28,237 bases of DNA from Alphaproteobacteria bacterium. Its GTDB lineage: Bacteria > Pseudomonadota > Alphaproteobacteria > Rickettsiales > JABSSG01. Shown one piece after another: positions 16,886-25,952 of the stretch. The position numbers were made by a program, and so were the translations under genes. The notes beneath the pieces were generated by a model. That model saw nothing but the letters and a program-made list of their open reading frames with translations, made no database searches and was not told where the DNA came from. Every line of letters starts with the position of its first letter. The first letter of the stretch is position 1. The stretch is taken from positions 1 to 28,237 of the forward strand of contig JAHZKS010000061.1 of NCBI GenBank assembly GCA_022600235.1. The letters run 5' to 3'.

Positions 16886-17664
16886 AATTTTTCCTCTGTT
16901 CTAATTTTCTCTCTTTCTAAAAATTCTTTTGCCATATCTAAGTAAGCTTTCGATCCTGCACAATGCATATCATAAACTATTGCTGGCTCCCCATAAGAGG
17001 AGGCCTCGGATATTCTTACATTCCTAGGTATGACTGTTTTATATACTAATTCTCCAAGGCAGTTCCTAACATCTTCTTCTACCTGATCAGTTAAATTATT
17101 TCTTTTATCGTACATAGTAAGAACTACACCGTCTATATCCAAATTTGCATTCAAATTTGCCTTTATCATTTTTATAGTTTCCATCAAATGCTTAAGCCCT
17201 TCTAAAGCAAAAAATTCACATTGCAACGGTATTATTACAGAGTCAGATGCTGTTAAAGAGTTAATCGTTAACAAGCCTAGGGAAGGAGGACAATCTATTA
17301 TGATATAATCATATTGGCTCTTTATAGAGGCTAATTTTTTTTTAAGTCTATAACGGAAACTTGGTATATTAACCAACTCCATTTCTGCAGCGGCTAAATC
17401 TATATTAGATACCAAAATATCAAGAAACCTTATCCCAGAATTTACTACTACATCTTCTGTCAAATCATCATTAACCAAAACTGTGTAGAGGTTTCTATCT
17501 TCTTCTTTATTAATAGCAAATCCTGTAGTGGCATTACCTTGAGGATCAGCATCTATAAGTAAAACTTTCTTTTCTGTAGCAGCAAGTGCTGTAGAAAGAT
17601 TTATAGCAGTAATAGTTTTACCTACACCTCCTTTCTGATTTACTATAGATATTATCTTACCCAT
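16882..17664 (-). CDS. parA: Chromosome partitioning ATPase ParA/Soj
   Basis: NQKGGVGKT, IDADPQGNAT, DCPPSLGLLT.N and PLQCEFFALEG. ATGA overlap with parB. Confidence 0.96.
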   Translation of the reverse strand: MGKIISIVNQKGGVGKTITAINLSTALAATEKKVLLIDADPQGNATTGFAINKEEDRNLYTVLVNDDLTEDVVVNSGIRFLDILVSNIDLAAAEMELVNIPSFRYRLKKKLASIKSQYDYIIIDCPPSLGLLTINSLTASDSVIIPLQCEFFALEGLKHLMETIKMIKANLNANLDIDGVVLTMYDKRNNLTDQVEEDVRNCLGELVYKTVIPRNVRISEASSYGEPAIVYDMHCAGSKAYLDMAKEFLEREKIRTEEKL

Positions 17665-18256
17665 CTCTCTTTATATTTGATAATATTAAAACTACACTTT
17701 TCTCATTCGTAATACTTTGCTTTGTATTAATAGAAAAATTCCACCCAGCTTTTTGAGCTTCTTCAATTTCTATTTCATAATTCTCTCCTTTCAATAAAAT
17801 AAGCTTTATATTGTGATTTATACACCCACTACTCAATTCTAATATTTTTTTTACTGAAGCAAAACCTCTGCAAGTAATTACATCTACTTTTTCTATAGCA
17901 ACATCTTCTATTGCTTGATTTATTATCTCAAAATCACCACCTATTTCAGCTTTTGCTTTATGCAAAAAAGTGCATTTCTTTGAACTTTTTTCTACTAAAA
18001 TAATATTAGAATCATTAATAATAGAAAGAATAATGCCTGGAAATCCAGCGCCAGTACCTATGTCTAATATTTTTTTTCCTTTTATAAGGCTAGAGATTTG
18101 CATGGAATCTAAAACATGCCTTTCCCATATTATATCTTCCGTAGATTTCGCAATAAGATTGATGGATTGATTCCATTTGAGAACAAGGTCTACAAATTTT
18201 TGCAATTTCTCAAAGGTTTCACGTGAAACCTCAAACTCCTCTTCAACCCTTTTCAT
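17657..18256 (-). CDS. rsmG: 16S rRNA m7G527 methyltransferase RsmG (GidB)
   Basis: WN..INLI, HVLDS, DIGTGAGFPG SAM motif and CRGF. Located between mnmG and parA. Confidence 0.95.
   Translation of the reverse strand: MKRVEEEFEVSRETFEKLQKFVDLVLKWNQSINLIAKSTEDIIWERHVLDSMQISSLIKGKKILDIGTGAGFPGIILSIINDSNIILVEKSSKKCTFLHKAKAEIGGDFEIINQAIEDVAIEKVDVITCRGFASVKKILELSSGCINHNIKLILLKGENYEIEIEEAQKAGWNFSINTKQSITNEKSVVLILSNIKRDG
18215..18230. promoter_or_regulatory. parS centromere-like site inside rsmG
   Basis: GGTTTCACGTGAAACC is a perfect palindrome (extends to 18 bp, 18214-18231) matching the bacterial parS core GTTTCACGTGAAAC. It encodes VSRET. Confidence 0.9.
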
Positions 18257-18293
18257 AACACTCTATCAACTCTCTTTCTTCACAGTATAGTAT

Positions 18294-20147
18294 CTAAGCA
18301 TATGTTTTTCTAGTTAAATGCACCAAGATAGAGGTAATTGCTGCAGGGGTCACTCCTTCTATACTAGATATTTCACTAACATTCTTAGGTTGGAATTTTG
18401 CTATCTTCTCACGAACTTCTATAGACAAACTTGGAACTTCAGCAAAGTCAAAATCTTCTGGAATTGTAAGTTTCGCATTTTTTTGGAATAATTTTATATC
18501 ATCTTCTTGTCGTGATAGATACTTATGGTACTTTGCTTCTATAGAAATCTGATCTAAAATATCTCTAGATTCCTTACCAAGCTCTGGAATAAATGTAACA
18601 ACCTGCTCTAGTGATATATGAGGATAAGAAAGAAGAGAAAATGCAGACCTCTTTACACCGTCTTGTGCCATATTTATATTATGTTGCTTACAAAAATATG
18701 GGGTAAATTTTCTTTCTTTTAGAAGATTTCTTATTCGACTGATCTCTTTCTCTTTTCTATCTAAAACATCCAATCTTTCTTTCGATACACTGCCAGCTTC
18801 ATAACCATTCCTAGTTAAACGAATATCTGCATTATCAGCCCTCAAAGTTAACCTATACTCAGATCTTGATGTAAACATACGGTATGGTTCTTGCGCACCA
18901 CTTGTAATTAAATCATCAATCATAACCCCTATATATGAATCTGCTCTGGTGAGTAAAAATTCTTTATTTTTTAATGAAACAGCAGCATTTAAACCGGCTA
19001 CCATGCCCTGGCCAGCAGCTTCTTCATAGCCTGTTGTCCCATTAATTTGACCTGCAAAATAAAGATTTTTTACTTTTTTTGTTTCTAAAGATCTATTTAA
19101 TTCTCTTGGGTCAATAAAATCATATTCTATTGTGTATCCATAACGAATTATATTGGCATTCTCTAGCCCACGAATAGATTTAATAAATTTTTCCTGCACT
19201 TGTTCCGGCAAAGCCGTAGATAAGCCATTAGGGTAAATCAAATCACTATCTAAACCTTCTGGCTCCAAGAATATTTGATGACTGTCTTTGTTAGGAAATC
19301 TCAATATCTTTAATTCAATAGAAGGACAGTAACGTGGTCCTGAAGATGTTATCTCTCCCGAACATGTACCAGATTTTTCTATATTTTCTTTAATAATATC
19401 ATGAGTATTCTTATTTGTTCTCGTAATATAACAATCAATCTGAGGAGTTTTTATTTTGTTTATTATATGGGAAAAGGGTCTTGGAACTTCATCACCTGAC
19501 TGATTTTCGATTAGATCATAATTTAATGAGTCCTTATGTATTCTTGCTGGCGTTCCTGTTCTTAACCTTTTGATATCAAAATTTAGTGATTTCAAACATT
19601 CAGCTAACTTAACTGACGGCGCCTCATCCACTCTACCTGCGCTGATTTTTTTCTCTCCTACATGAATAACACCATTTAAAAAAGTACCTGTAGTGAGCAC
19701 TACTTTAGAAGCAAAAATTTTACCTTGCTTTTCTGCAACTACGCCCAAAACCTTTTTATGCTCTATAATAATTTCTTCTACAGCATCTTCTAAAACTGTA
19801 AGATTATTTTGCTCTGATATTATTTTCTGGATAGCTTTTTTATACAGCTTTCTGTCTGCTTGCGCTCTAGGCCCCCAAACAGCTGGACCTTTACTCGCAT
19901 TAAGCATTTTATAATGAATTCCTGCCTGATCTATAGCAATTCCCATTATCCCACCAAGAGCATCTATTTCTTTTACTATGGTTCCCTTAGCAACACCTCC
20001 TATCGCAGGATTGCATGACATTTCTCCTAGATTATCCTTTTTGAAGGTAACAAGAAGTGTTTTAGCTCCAACTCTAGCTGCCGCACATGCCGCTTCACAG
20101 CCAGCATGTCCTCCTCCTATCACTATAACGTCGTACTTGGTACTCAT
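18294..20147 (-). CDS. mnmG: tRNA uridine-5-carboxymethylaminomethyl modification enzyme MnmG (GidA)
   Basis: VIGGGHAGCEAA, MSCNPAIGG, GPAV..PRAQADR, GPRYCPSIE and AGQINGTTGYEEAAGQG. Start placed at MSTKY. Confidence 0.98.
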   Translation of the reverse strand: MSTKYDVIVIGGGHAGCEAACAAARVGAKTLLVTFKKDNLGEMSCNPAIGGVAKGTIVKEIDALGGIMGIAIDQAGIHYKMLNASKGPAVWGPRAQADRKLYKKAIQKIISEQNNLTVLEDAVEEIIIEHKKVLGVVAEKQGKIFASKVVLTTGTFLNGVIHVGEKKISAGRVDEAPSVKLAECLKSLNFDIKRLRTGTPARIHKDSLNYDLIENQSGDEVPRPFSHIINKIKTPQIDCYITRTNKNTHDIIKENIEKSGTCSGEITSSGPRYCPSIELKILRFPNKDSHQIFLEPEGLDSDLIYPNGLSTALPEQVQEKFIKSIRGLENANIIRYGYTIEYDFIDPRELNRSLETKKVKNLYFAGQINGTTGYEEAAGQGMVAGLNAAVSLKNKEFLLTRADSYIGVMIDDLITSGAQEPYRMFTSRSEYRLTLRADNADIRLTRNGYEAGSVSKERLDVLDRKEKEISRIRNLLKERKFTPYFCKQHNINMAQDGVKRSAFSLLSYPHISLEQVVTFIPELGKESRDILDQISIEAKYHKYLSRQEDDIKLFQKNAKLTIPEDFDFAEVPSLSIEVREKIAKFQPKNVSEISSIEGVTPAAITSILVHLTRKTYA

Positions 20148-20284
20148 ACTATTATTAACTTCCAAAAAAAATAACTTTATACTATAAATTAGTTAAGATG
20201 TACAGTTTCTATGGGAGACGATTGTTTTTGAGCAGCAAGTGTAAGTAGATACCAAATAATGATCTGGCATTCATTATGAAGAAT

Positions 20285-21223
20285 CTATAGTATCACTTTA
20301 TAAAAATCATGACATATAGCCCTGCCTCCAAATGATTCTTTTTGAGATACCAATCCTTTATTTAAATAATAACCATCTTTCTCATTTGATATTCCAAAAT
20401 CAAAGAATTCTTTTTCTTTAAATTCTTCATACACCAAGAAATGATACATAAAGTCATTTGCACCCAAAAACTTCCCTTCTTCAGAACTAAACACATATTG
20501 TGCATGAGCCACTGTATCTGTAACATATATAATAGCACCTGAAACCATTTTATTGTCATTGTAACATCCAAAGAACTTTATATTTTCAGGAAAATCATGC
20601 ATTAGCTTTATTAACTCCTCTGAGCTATGCACTGGTTTTTTCTCAAAATTATTTTCAAGAAAACTACTCACTATACCCATGAATTCTTCTATTTCTTGAT
20701 TTTTCTCTATACGTAATCTTGAATTTATTGCCTTCTTTACACCTCTTAATCTGCGCCTTTCAAAGATTGGGTCATGATTTTGTAGTTTTATAACAGTGCA
20801 CACATCTCTTCGGTATAATTTTGCATTATGTACAAATAATGCATATAAATCTTCTTCTGATGGAATCTTATGATAAATATGAGGAATAGTTTTATATATA
20901 AGAATACTTACTCCAATAGATTTTAAAAAATCTAATACAGCATTAAAAATCTCTAACATTCTTTCTACTTTAACATTTTCTCCACATATTATACCTCCAT
21001 AAGTCAGACCTTGATGTGTGATAAGTTCATTTCCAACTCTGTTTGCAGGCAACAACGCTATTAACTTTTTATCTTCATAGACCATTAGTGAGCAATCAAC
21101 AAATCTATCTCGATGGTAATCCATATAAGATCTATTAAATAGAAATGTCCCATTCTTAGATTCAGAAACAAACTTATTCCATGAAAGAGACTCCTTATTT
21201 TGAAATACTTTTACTTTATACAT
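20285..21223 (-). CDS. FemAB-like two-domain GNAT acyltransferase of the glycan-locus type
   Basis: W..FV..SKNGTFLF.R.YMDYH, HQGLTYGG, FFDFGISNE and K.SFGGR. Lies next to sugar-modification genes. Confidence 0.8.
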   Translation of the reverse strand: MYKVKVFQNKESLSWNKFVSESKNGTFLFNRSYMDYHRDRFVDCSLMVYEDKKLIALLPANRVGNELITHQGLTYGGIICGENVKVERMLEIFNAVLDFLKSIGVSILIYKTIPHIYHKIPSEEDLYALFVHNAKLYRRDVCTVIKLQNHDPIFERRRLRGVKKAINSRLRIEKNQEIEEFMGIVSSFLENNFEKKPVHSSEELIKLMHDFPENIKFFGCYNDNKMVSGAIIYVTDTVAHAQYVFSSEEGKFLGANDFMYHFLVYEEFKEKEFFDFGISNEKDGYYLNKGLVSQKESFGGRAICHDFYKVIL

Positions 21224-21225
21224 TA

Positions 21226-22071
21226 CTAACTTAATCTGTTACCAATTCTAAAACACATATTAAAGTCAACCACAGTCTGTAATTCATCTACCAGCTCTTT
21301 TACCACAAGATAACCATCCCTAACTTTAATCCACATTCCTTCATTATCAATGTTTGTGATACGCCCTAGAGTAAGAGTTTTTATATTCTGATCATGTAAT
21401 TTATACTTTGTTATAAAATATTTTTTACATTTTCTTTGAATAAAAGGTAATGGATATGGATCAACTAGAGCTCTAAAAAAATTCTTTATTTCTTGATGAG
21501 AAAAACTAAAATCCAACTTACAATCTGCTAAGCTTCGCTTTATGCCCCACGTAGCAAGACTCTTTTTTTGTGGAATGGGTTTTAAACTTTTCTTACAATA
21601 TAGGCTGACAACTCTTCCTATATTCTCAGAGACAGACTCATGAAATAGATTCATATAATCCATAGAGGATGAAGAATAATCATTTTTTATTTTATATTGA
21701 TAAATAATAGGTCCTGAATCCATAAACTCATCCATTTCATGAAAAGTCCACCCCAAATGAGATTCATTATTTATTATGCCCCATACAATGGGGTGCATAC
21801 CCCTATACTTAGGTAAAGGAGCATAATGTATATTCAAAAACTTTTTTTTCCTAAGATGTTCAATAGGAACCAATGGAGCATAAGCAGAGCAAATTACTAC
21901 TCTAGCATCTGAACTAAAAAAACTATCAATAAATTGATCCTGTGGTCTCAAATCTTCAAAAATATTTTGAGTATTAGTGTAAACTGAGATCTTATCTACA
22001 TGGGTTACTAAACCTTTATACAATGCAAGAGCTCCTAGATTATCTCCAGCAACTATTATTTCTTTAATCAT
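21226..22071 (-). CDS. Formyltransferase (10-formyl-THF dependent), probably sugar N-formyltransferase
   Basis: LNIHY.PLPKYRG..P..W.I.N, G.T.H.MD...D.GPII and a C-terminal Fmt-like domain. The N-terminus lacks the canonical Fmt features. Confidence 0.82.
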   Translation of the reverse strand: MIKEIIVAGDNLGALALYKGLVTHVDKISVYTNTQNIFEDLRPQDQFIDSFFSSDARVVICSAYAPLVPIEHLRKKKFLNIHYAPLPKYRGMHPIVWGIINNESHLGWTFHEMDEFMDSGPIIYQYKIKNDYSSSSMDYMNLFHESVSENIGRVVSLYCKKSLKPIPQKKSLATWGIKRSLADCKLDFSFSHQEIKNFFRALVDPYPLPFIQRKCKKYFITKYKLHDQNIKTLTLGRITNIDNEGMWIKVRDGYLVVKELVDELQTVVDFNMCFRIGNRLS

Positions 22072-22101
22072 TACGTATACAGTGTGTATGATATATAATG
22101 C

Positions 22102-22130
22102 AGCCTATTACAATACAATAGTACTGTCAA
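22102..22130 (-). promoter_or_regulatory. sigma70-type promoter for formyltransferase-GNAT pair
   Basis: Minus strand TTGACA (22130-22125), 17-nt spacer, TAGGCT (22107-22102). A second TTGACA abuts it at 22136-22131. Confidence 0.55.
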
Positions 22131-22327
22131 TGTCAATAAGGATTTTACAAATAGGCATTCCTAAACAATAGTTGCTAATAGATACGTATTTTATTTATCT
22201 TATTTTTTTACTTCTGATAAATTTATTACCTATATGACCTTTGCATTTCTCTATAGCGCATTTTTCTACCACAGATCAATCACATATTATTTAACAAGTC
22301 CTCTAAATAACTAAAAGAACAGAGATT

Positions 22328-23275
22328 TTATATAATATTTCCTGCAATAAATCGCATATCTTCTTCAGTATATCTATGATCTATAGGTAATGGAATTAAA
22401 TAACGAGAAAGATAGTACTCAAAAGAAGATTTTGATGCCTTCAGCATAACAGATCTCCACCATTGTGGAATATATATATTTTTTTCTAACAGATGATTCC
22501 TTAAAGTTTTCTTAGAAATTAACAAAGGATAAACCATCGGCACATCTTCTTTAGAAAAGTGCAAACTTAACTCATTAATACGGCCAAGATTTTCATGAAG
22601 AATATGAAAATTTTTTCTTCTTCTATCTTTACAAAAATTATAATCAATATTCCCTAATAAAAACTCAGTAGTTTTTGACATAGCTCTCATTGGCTGCTCA
22701 TTTAATAAGGCTTCAGATTCTAAGGATTCTTTATATCCAGGATTTGCACCAAGCTCTAATCTTTTAAAAAGAGGTAGCATTCTCATATAAGAATAATCTT
22801 GGTCAAGTGAAATTCTTTTTTTAGAAACAGAATACGCATATGCGCCATCAGGAACACCAAAGAATTTTCGCGCTGAGTACACAGCATTAGCACTATGCGT
22901 AAGAGAAAAAAAGGCCTGAGTATTATCCAAGATAACATTCTTATACTTTTGCTTTACTTCAGCACTTTTGAGAGCATGAACACCAAAATAATTTGGATAC
23001 AAGACCGCTTCACTCTCTTCTATATCTTCTTTTGATAATTTTGGACTAAAATCATAGTTTAAATCATACAAACAATACTTAATGTTTTCTTTATCCAAAG
23101 CCACCTTAACCGATTCACAAATATATCTCGGCACATGTAGAATCTTGTAATCGTTAACTATACAAAGATAACTTATTGCATTTCTTGCAAGATTTAACTT
23201 AATGGCACTTGAATGAAATTCTTTACCTTCTTTCTCAAAACTTTCAAATTGAAAATAGCCTCCATACTCTTTCAT
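22328..23275 (-). CDS. DegT/DnrJ-like PLP-dependent sugar aminotransferase (short form)
   Basis: LAR.AI, VP.Y.C.SV, YPNYFG, DNTQAF (PLP Asp), YSARKFFGVPDG (Schiff-base Lys) and LPIDHRY. Confidence 0.78.
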   Translation of the reverse strand: MKEYGGYFQFESFEKEGKEFHSSAIKLNLARNAISYLCIVNDYKILHVPRYICESVKVALDKENIKYCLYDLNYDFSPKLSKEDIEESEAVLYPNYFGVHALKSAEVKQKYKNVILDNTQAFFSLTHSANAVYSARKFFGVPDGAYAYSVSKKRISLDQDYSYMRMLPLFKRLELGANPGYKESLESEALLNEQPMRAMSKTTEFLLGNIDYNFCKDRRRKNFHILHENLGRINELSLHFSKEDVPMVYPLLISKKTLRNHLLEKNIYIPQWWRSVMLKASKSSFEYYLSRYLIPLPIDHRYTEEDMRFIAGNII

Positions 23276-23310
23276 ATACTTCTTTCTTTAATCATAGTTC
23301 AGATAAGATA

Positions 23311-24717
23311 CTATTTTATTTTCTCTACAGCTAGCTCTTGAGCATCTCCTCTCAAATATAATTTTTGCAAATCGTCAGATCTATCTAAATCTATTAAAGC
23401 AAGAGGCAAAAACCTTTTTATATTCTTCTTCACAACATAATCCTTTAAAGCTTTCGAATGCTTTTCTGGTAAAACGCTAACACAAGAACTTAGTAATGAC
23501 GCAGCATACATAGAAGATATCGCCTTTATATTAAATTGGATCAAAGAATAAGGGTTTAAAAAGCTATATTTTCCATCCAAAGGAGCAGACAAAGACACTC
23601 CTGATATTTGACTCACCCTGTCTATCATATCTTTGAATCTAAAATTTCCCTCACGCATTGCAAGATTTGACCCCTCCACTATATCTTTTCTCCACTTCTC
23701 ATCATTCAGTAATTTTTTACATATATCCCTTGCTTCAAACTGGTTAGAATAAGTAGGAATCTTCACAAACTTACCAAACAACTCATCATATATAGTTTTT
23801 TCATCAGAAACCAAAACAGAGTTTGTAGACATTATGTCACACACCCTAAAAGGCATATTGTCAGTATCTGATTGAACATGAGATATGTTAATAGATATTT
23901 TACTTTGATTATAAACATTTTGATTGTCCTGCATTGTTATCACATTATCTCCTTTGTATGACTTCAACATATGGTATGAGCAGTTAGAGTTTGATATCCA
24001 ATCTTTGCTTCCAAACAAACCTAAACCTAAATCTGCAACAGAATTTATAATATAATTCCTTGTAGACGCAGAGAAAAAAGCCATCAAATCAATATATCTT
24101 AAACCACTAAATTGTACTTTGGGATCTAACTTTTCTTCCATTTTTTTCAAAACTTCGTAAAGCTTTTGATTCTTATGGATATTATTCCTCTGATAAAAAT
24201 ACTCTACTCGTTGAGAAGAAAACCTAGTTCCAATAAAAGATATATTATATTTTTTTCTCTTCTCTTCTGGCTCCATATCTGATGCATAGCCAATTACATG
24301 ATTATTATTAATACCAATATCTTTTGCTAAATTAATTGTACTTTTAGAGAAATGAAGAACGTGGCATCGTGATGCATTATTCTTAATTGAATTAGTGTCA
24401 ATCCACGTAGGAGGGCTGTCCGCCCCAAAAACCATTATAGGACAAGTTAGATGCTTAAAGATAATATCTCCACACATAGTATTATTGAAAGAAAAAACAA
24501 TATCTGGATCAAAATTTTGTATTTTCTTTTTTAAATTACGGTATGAAATATCACCTCTTAAATTGTTAGATCCTTTGTAATACTCGGTAAAATCATTAAC
24601 TCTCATCAGCAATATAGAGTTACCATTTTTTTTGAGACTATTAATAAACTGTTCATGGAAAGGACCATTTATTAAAGACTCAATATGAGATGGTGAAATG
24701 TATAAAATTCTTGCCAT
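23311..24717 (-). CDS. Glycosyltransferase, CgeB/DUF3880-like (GT-B)
   Basis: ISFIGT, L.LFG..W, VYN.SKISINISH and FRV.DIM...VLVSD. Confidence 0.75.
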   Translation of the reverse strand: MARILYISPSHIESLINGPFHEQFINSLKKNGNSILLMRVNDFTEYYKGSNNLRGDISYRNLKKKIQNFDPDIVFSFNNTMCGDIIFKHLTCPIMVFGADSPPTWIDTNSIKNNASRCHVLHFSKSTINLAKDIGINNNHVIGYASDMEPEEKRKKYNISFIGTRFSSQRVEYFYQRNNIHKNQKLYEVLKKMEEKLDPKVQFSGLRYIDLMAFFSASTRNYIINSVADLGLGLFGSKDWISNSNCSYHMLKSYKGDNVITMQDNQNVYNQSKISINISHVQSDTDNMPFRVCDIMSTNSVLVSDEKTIYDELFGKFVKIPTYSNQFEARDICKKLLNDEKWRKDIVEGSNLAMREGNFRFKDMIDRVSQISGVSLSAPLDGKYSFLNPYSLIQFNIKAISSMYAASLLSSCVSVLPEKHSKALKDYVVKKNIKRFLPLALIDLDRSDDLQKLYLRGDAQELAVEKIK

Positions 24718-24896
24718 ATTTAATAATAAACATACTAAAAGGCTTATATTATTCTCTTTTTTGCGTTATCTCAATATGAAAAACTTTTTTCTTATTAATA
24801 GAAATATTTTATTCTTCCACAGTAGCAATTCTAATCGCTGTTAAAAAAATAAAATATTGTCTATAATCAACCTTTTAAATCAATCTAACTTTATTA

Positions 24897-25547
24897 ATGC
24901 AAATTATTTCTCACAGAATTAACAGAATTGAAGAACTCAGCAAAGTGCAGTTTGACCATGGCATTGAAATTGATATAAGGTCTCATGGTAAAGACTTGAT
25001 ACTTCAACATGACCCTTTCTATGATTACAAAAACCCACCTGAAAAATTTGAAACTTTATTATCTGAATATATAAAAACTCATAAAGGAATTATTATACTC
25101 AATATTAAAACTGAAGGAATTGAGAAAGAGTGTATTAATTTGATGAATAAATATAACTACAAAGATTGGTTTTTTCTAGATTTATCCATGCCTTATTTCG
25201 TCACCTACTCAAACAAAGCCTATTTGGGGACCACAGAGGGACTTACCCCCAATAATCTTGCCGTAAGGTTTTCTGAATTTGAACCTATTGAATATGCATT
25301 GTCTTTCAAGAATAAAGTGAAATGGGTTTGGGTAGATTGCTTTACACAAATGCCTTTAAACAAAAAAAATTATAGACAATTAAAAGAAGCTGGCTTTAGA
25401 ATATGCCTTGTTGCTCCAGAATTACAAAAACATACTAATAAAACAGAAGAGTTCCAGAATATTATTAAAGATAATAATATTAGATTAGATGCAGTATGTA
25501 CAAAAAAAGCTATATTATGGCATAAATTAGATAATCATAACCTATAA
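24897..25547 (+). CDS. PLC/GDPD-like phosphodiesterase TIM-barrel protein
   Basis: N-terminal SHR, GIEIDIR, L.HD, NIK, plus WVWVDCF, SP-like APELQ and DAVCTK. Confidence 0.68.
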   Translation: MQIISHRINRIEELSKVQFDHGIEIDIRSHGKDLILQHDPFYDYKNPPEKFETLLSEYIKTHKGIIILNIKTEGIEKECINLMNKYNYKDWFFLDLSMPYFVTYSNKAYLGTTEGLTPNNLAVRFSEFEPIEYALSFKNKVKWVWVDCFTQMPLNKKNYRQLKEAGFRICLVAPELQKHTNKTEEFQNIIKDNNIRLDAVCTKKAILWHKLDNHNL

Positions 25548-25553
25548 AATAGA

Positions 25554-25952
25554 ATGATAGTTAGCTTGTTAAAAAGCAAAGTAAGCACTGAGTTTTATAA
25601 ATTTATTATTGTTGGATCTTACTCAACGATAATAAATTATGGAATATTTTATATCTCTCTTGAGCTTCTGCTTATCAATTACATAATAGCATCTGCTATC
25701 GGTTTTATATCAGGAGTATTTGCAGGATACAGCTTTAACAGGAAATGGACCTTTAGTATAAGATCAGAAAGGAAAAAAATAGAAATTATTCAATACTATA
25801 GCGTGTATATATTCTCACTAATCTTAGGACTGTTATTATTAAAAATATTTGTTAGTGTTGTTAATATAGATCCTAAGGTAGCAAATATAATAGCTATAGG
25901 CATTACAACATGTACTAATTTTATCGGCATCAAAATGGTTGTATTCAGATGA
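25554..25952 (+). CDS. GtrA family polyprenyl-P-sugar translocase-like protein
   Basis: KFIIVG..ST.INY, A..IGF..G....Y..NRKWTF and four TM segments. Confidence 0.9.
   Translation: MIVSLLKSKVSTEFYKFIIVGSYSTIINYGIFYISLELLLINYIIASAIGFISGVFAGYSFNRKWTFSIRSERKKIEIIQYYSVYIFSLILGLLLLKIFVSVVNIDPKVANIIAIGITTCTNFIGIKMVVFR

Noticed and set aside
17620-17640. ParA Walker A reads KGGVGKTIT instead of KGGVGKTTT
   Set aside because: The signature Lys residues and the Mg-binding Thr are intact, so a single change after them is not enough to claim altered function.
20148-20284. oriC upstream of mnmG
   Set aside because: There is no DnaA-box cluster. Only isolated 8/9 matches occur elsewhere, inside genes (for example 1318 and 4654).
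22188-22327. Short minus-strand frame VVEKCAIEKCKGHIGNKFIRSKKIR in the gap between the aminotransferase and formyltransferase
   Set aside because: It is about 25 codons with no recognisable homology or RBS, so it cannot be supported as a gene or pseudogene.
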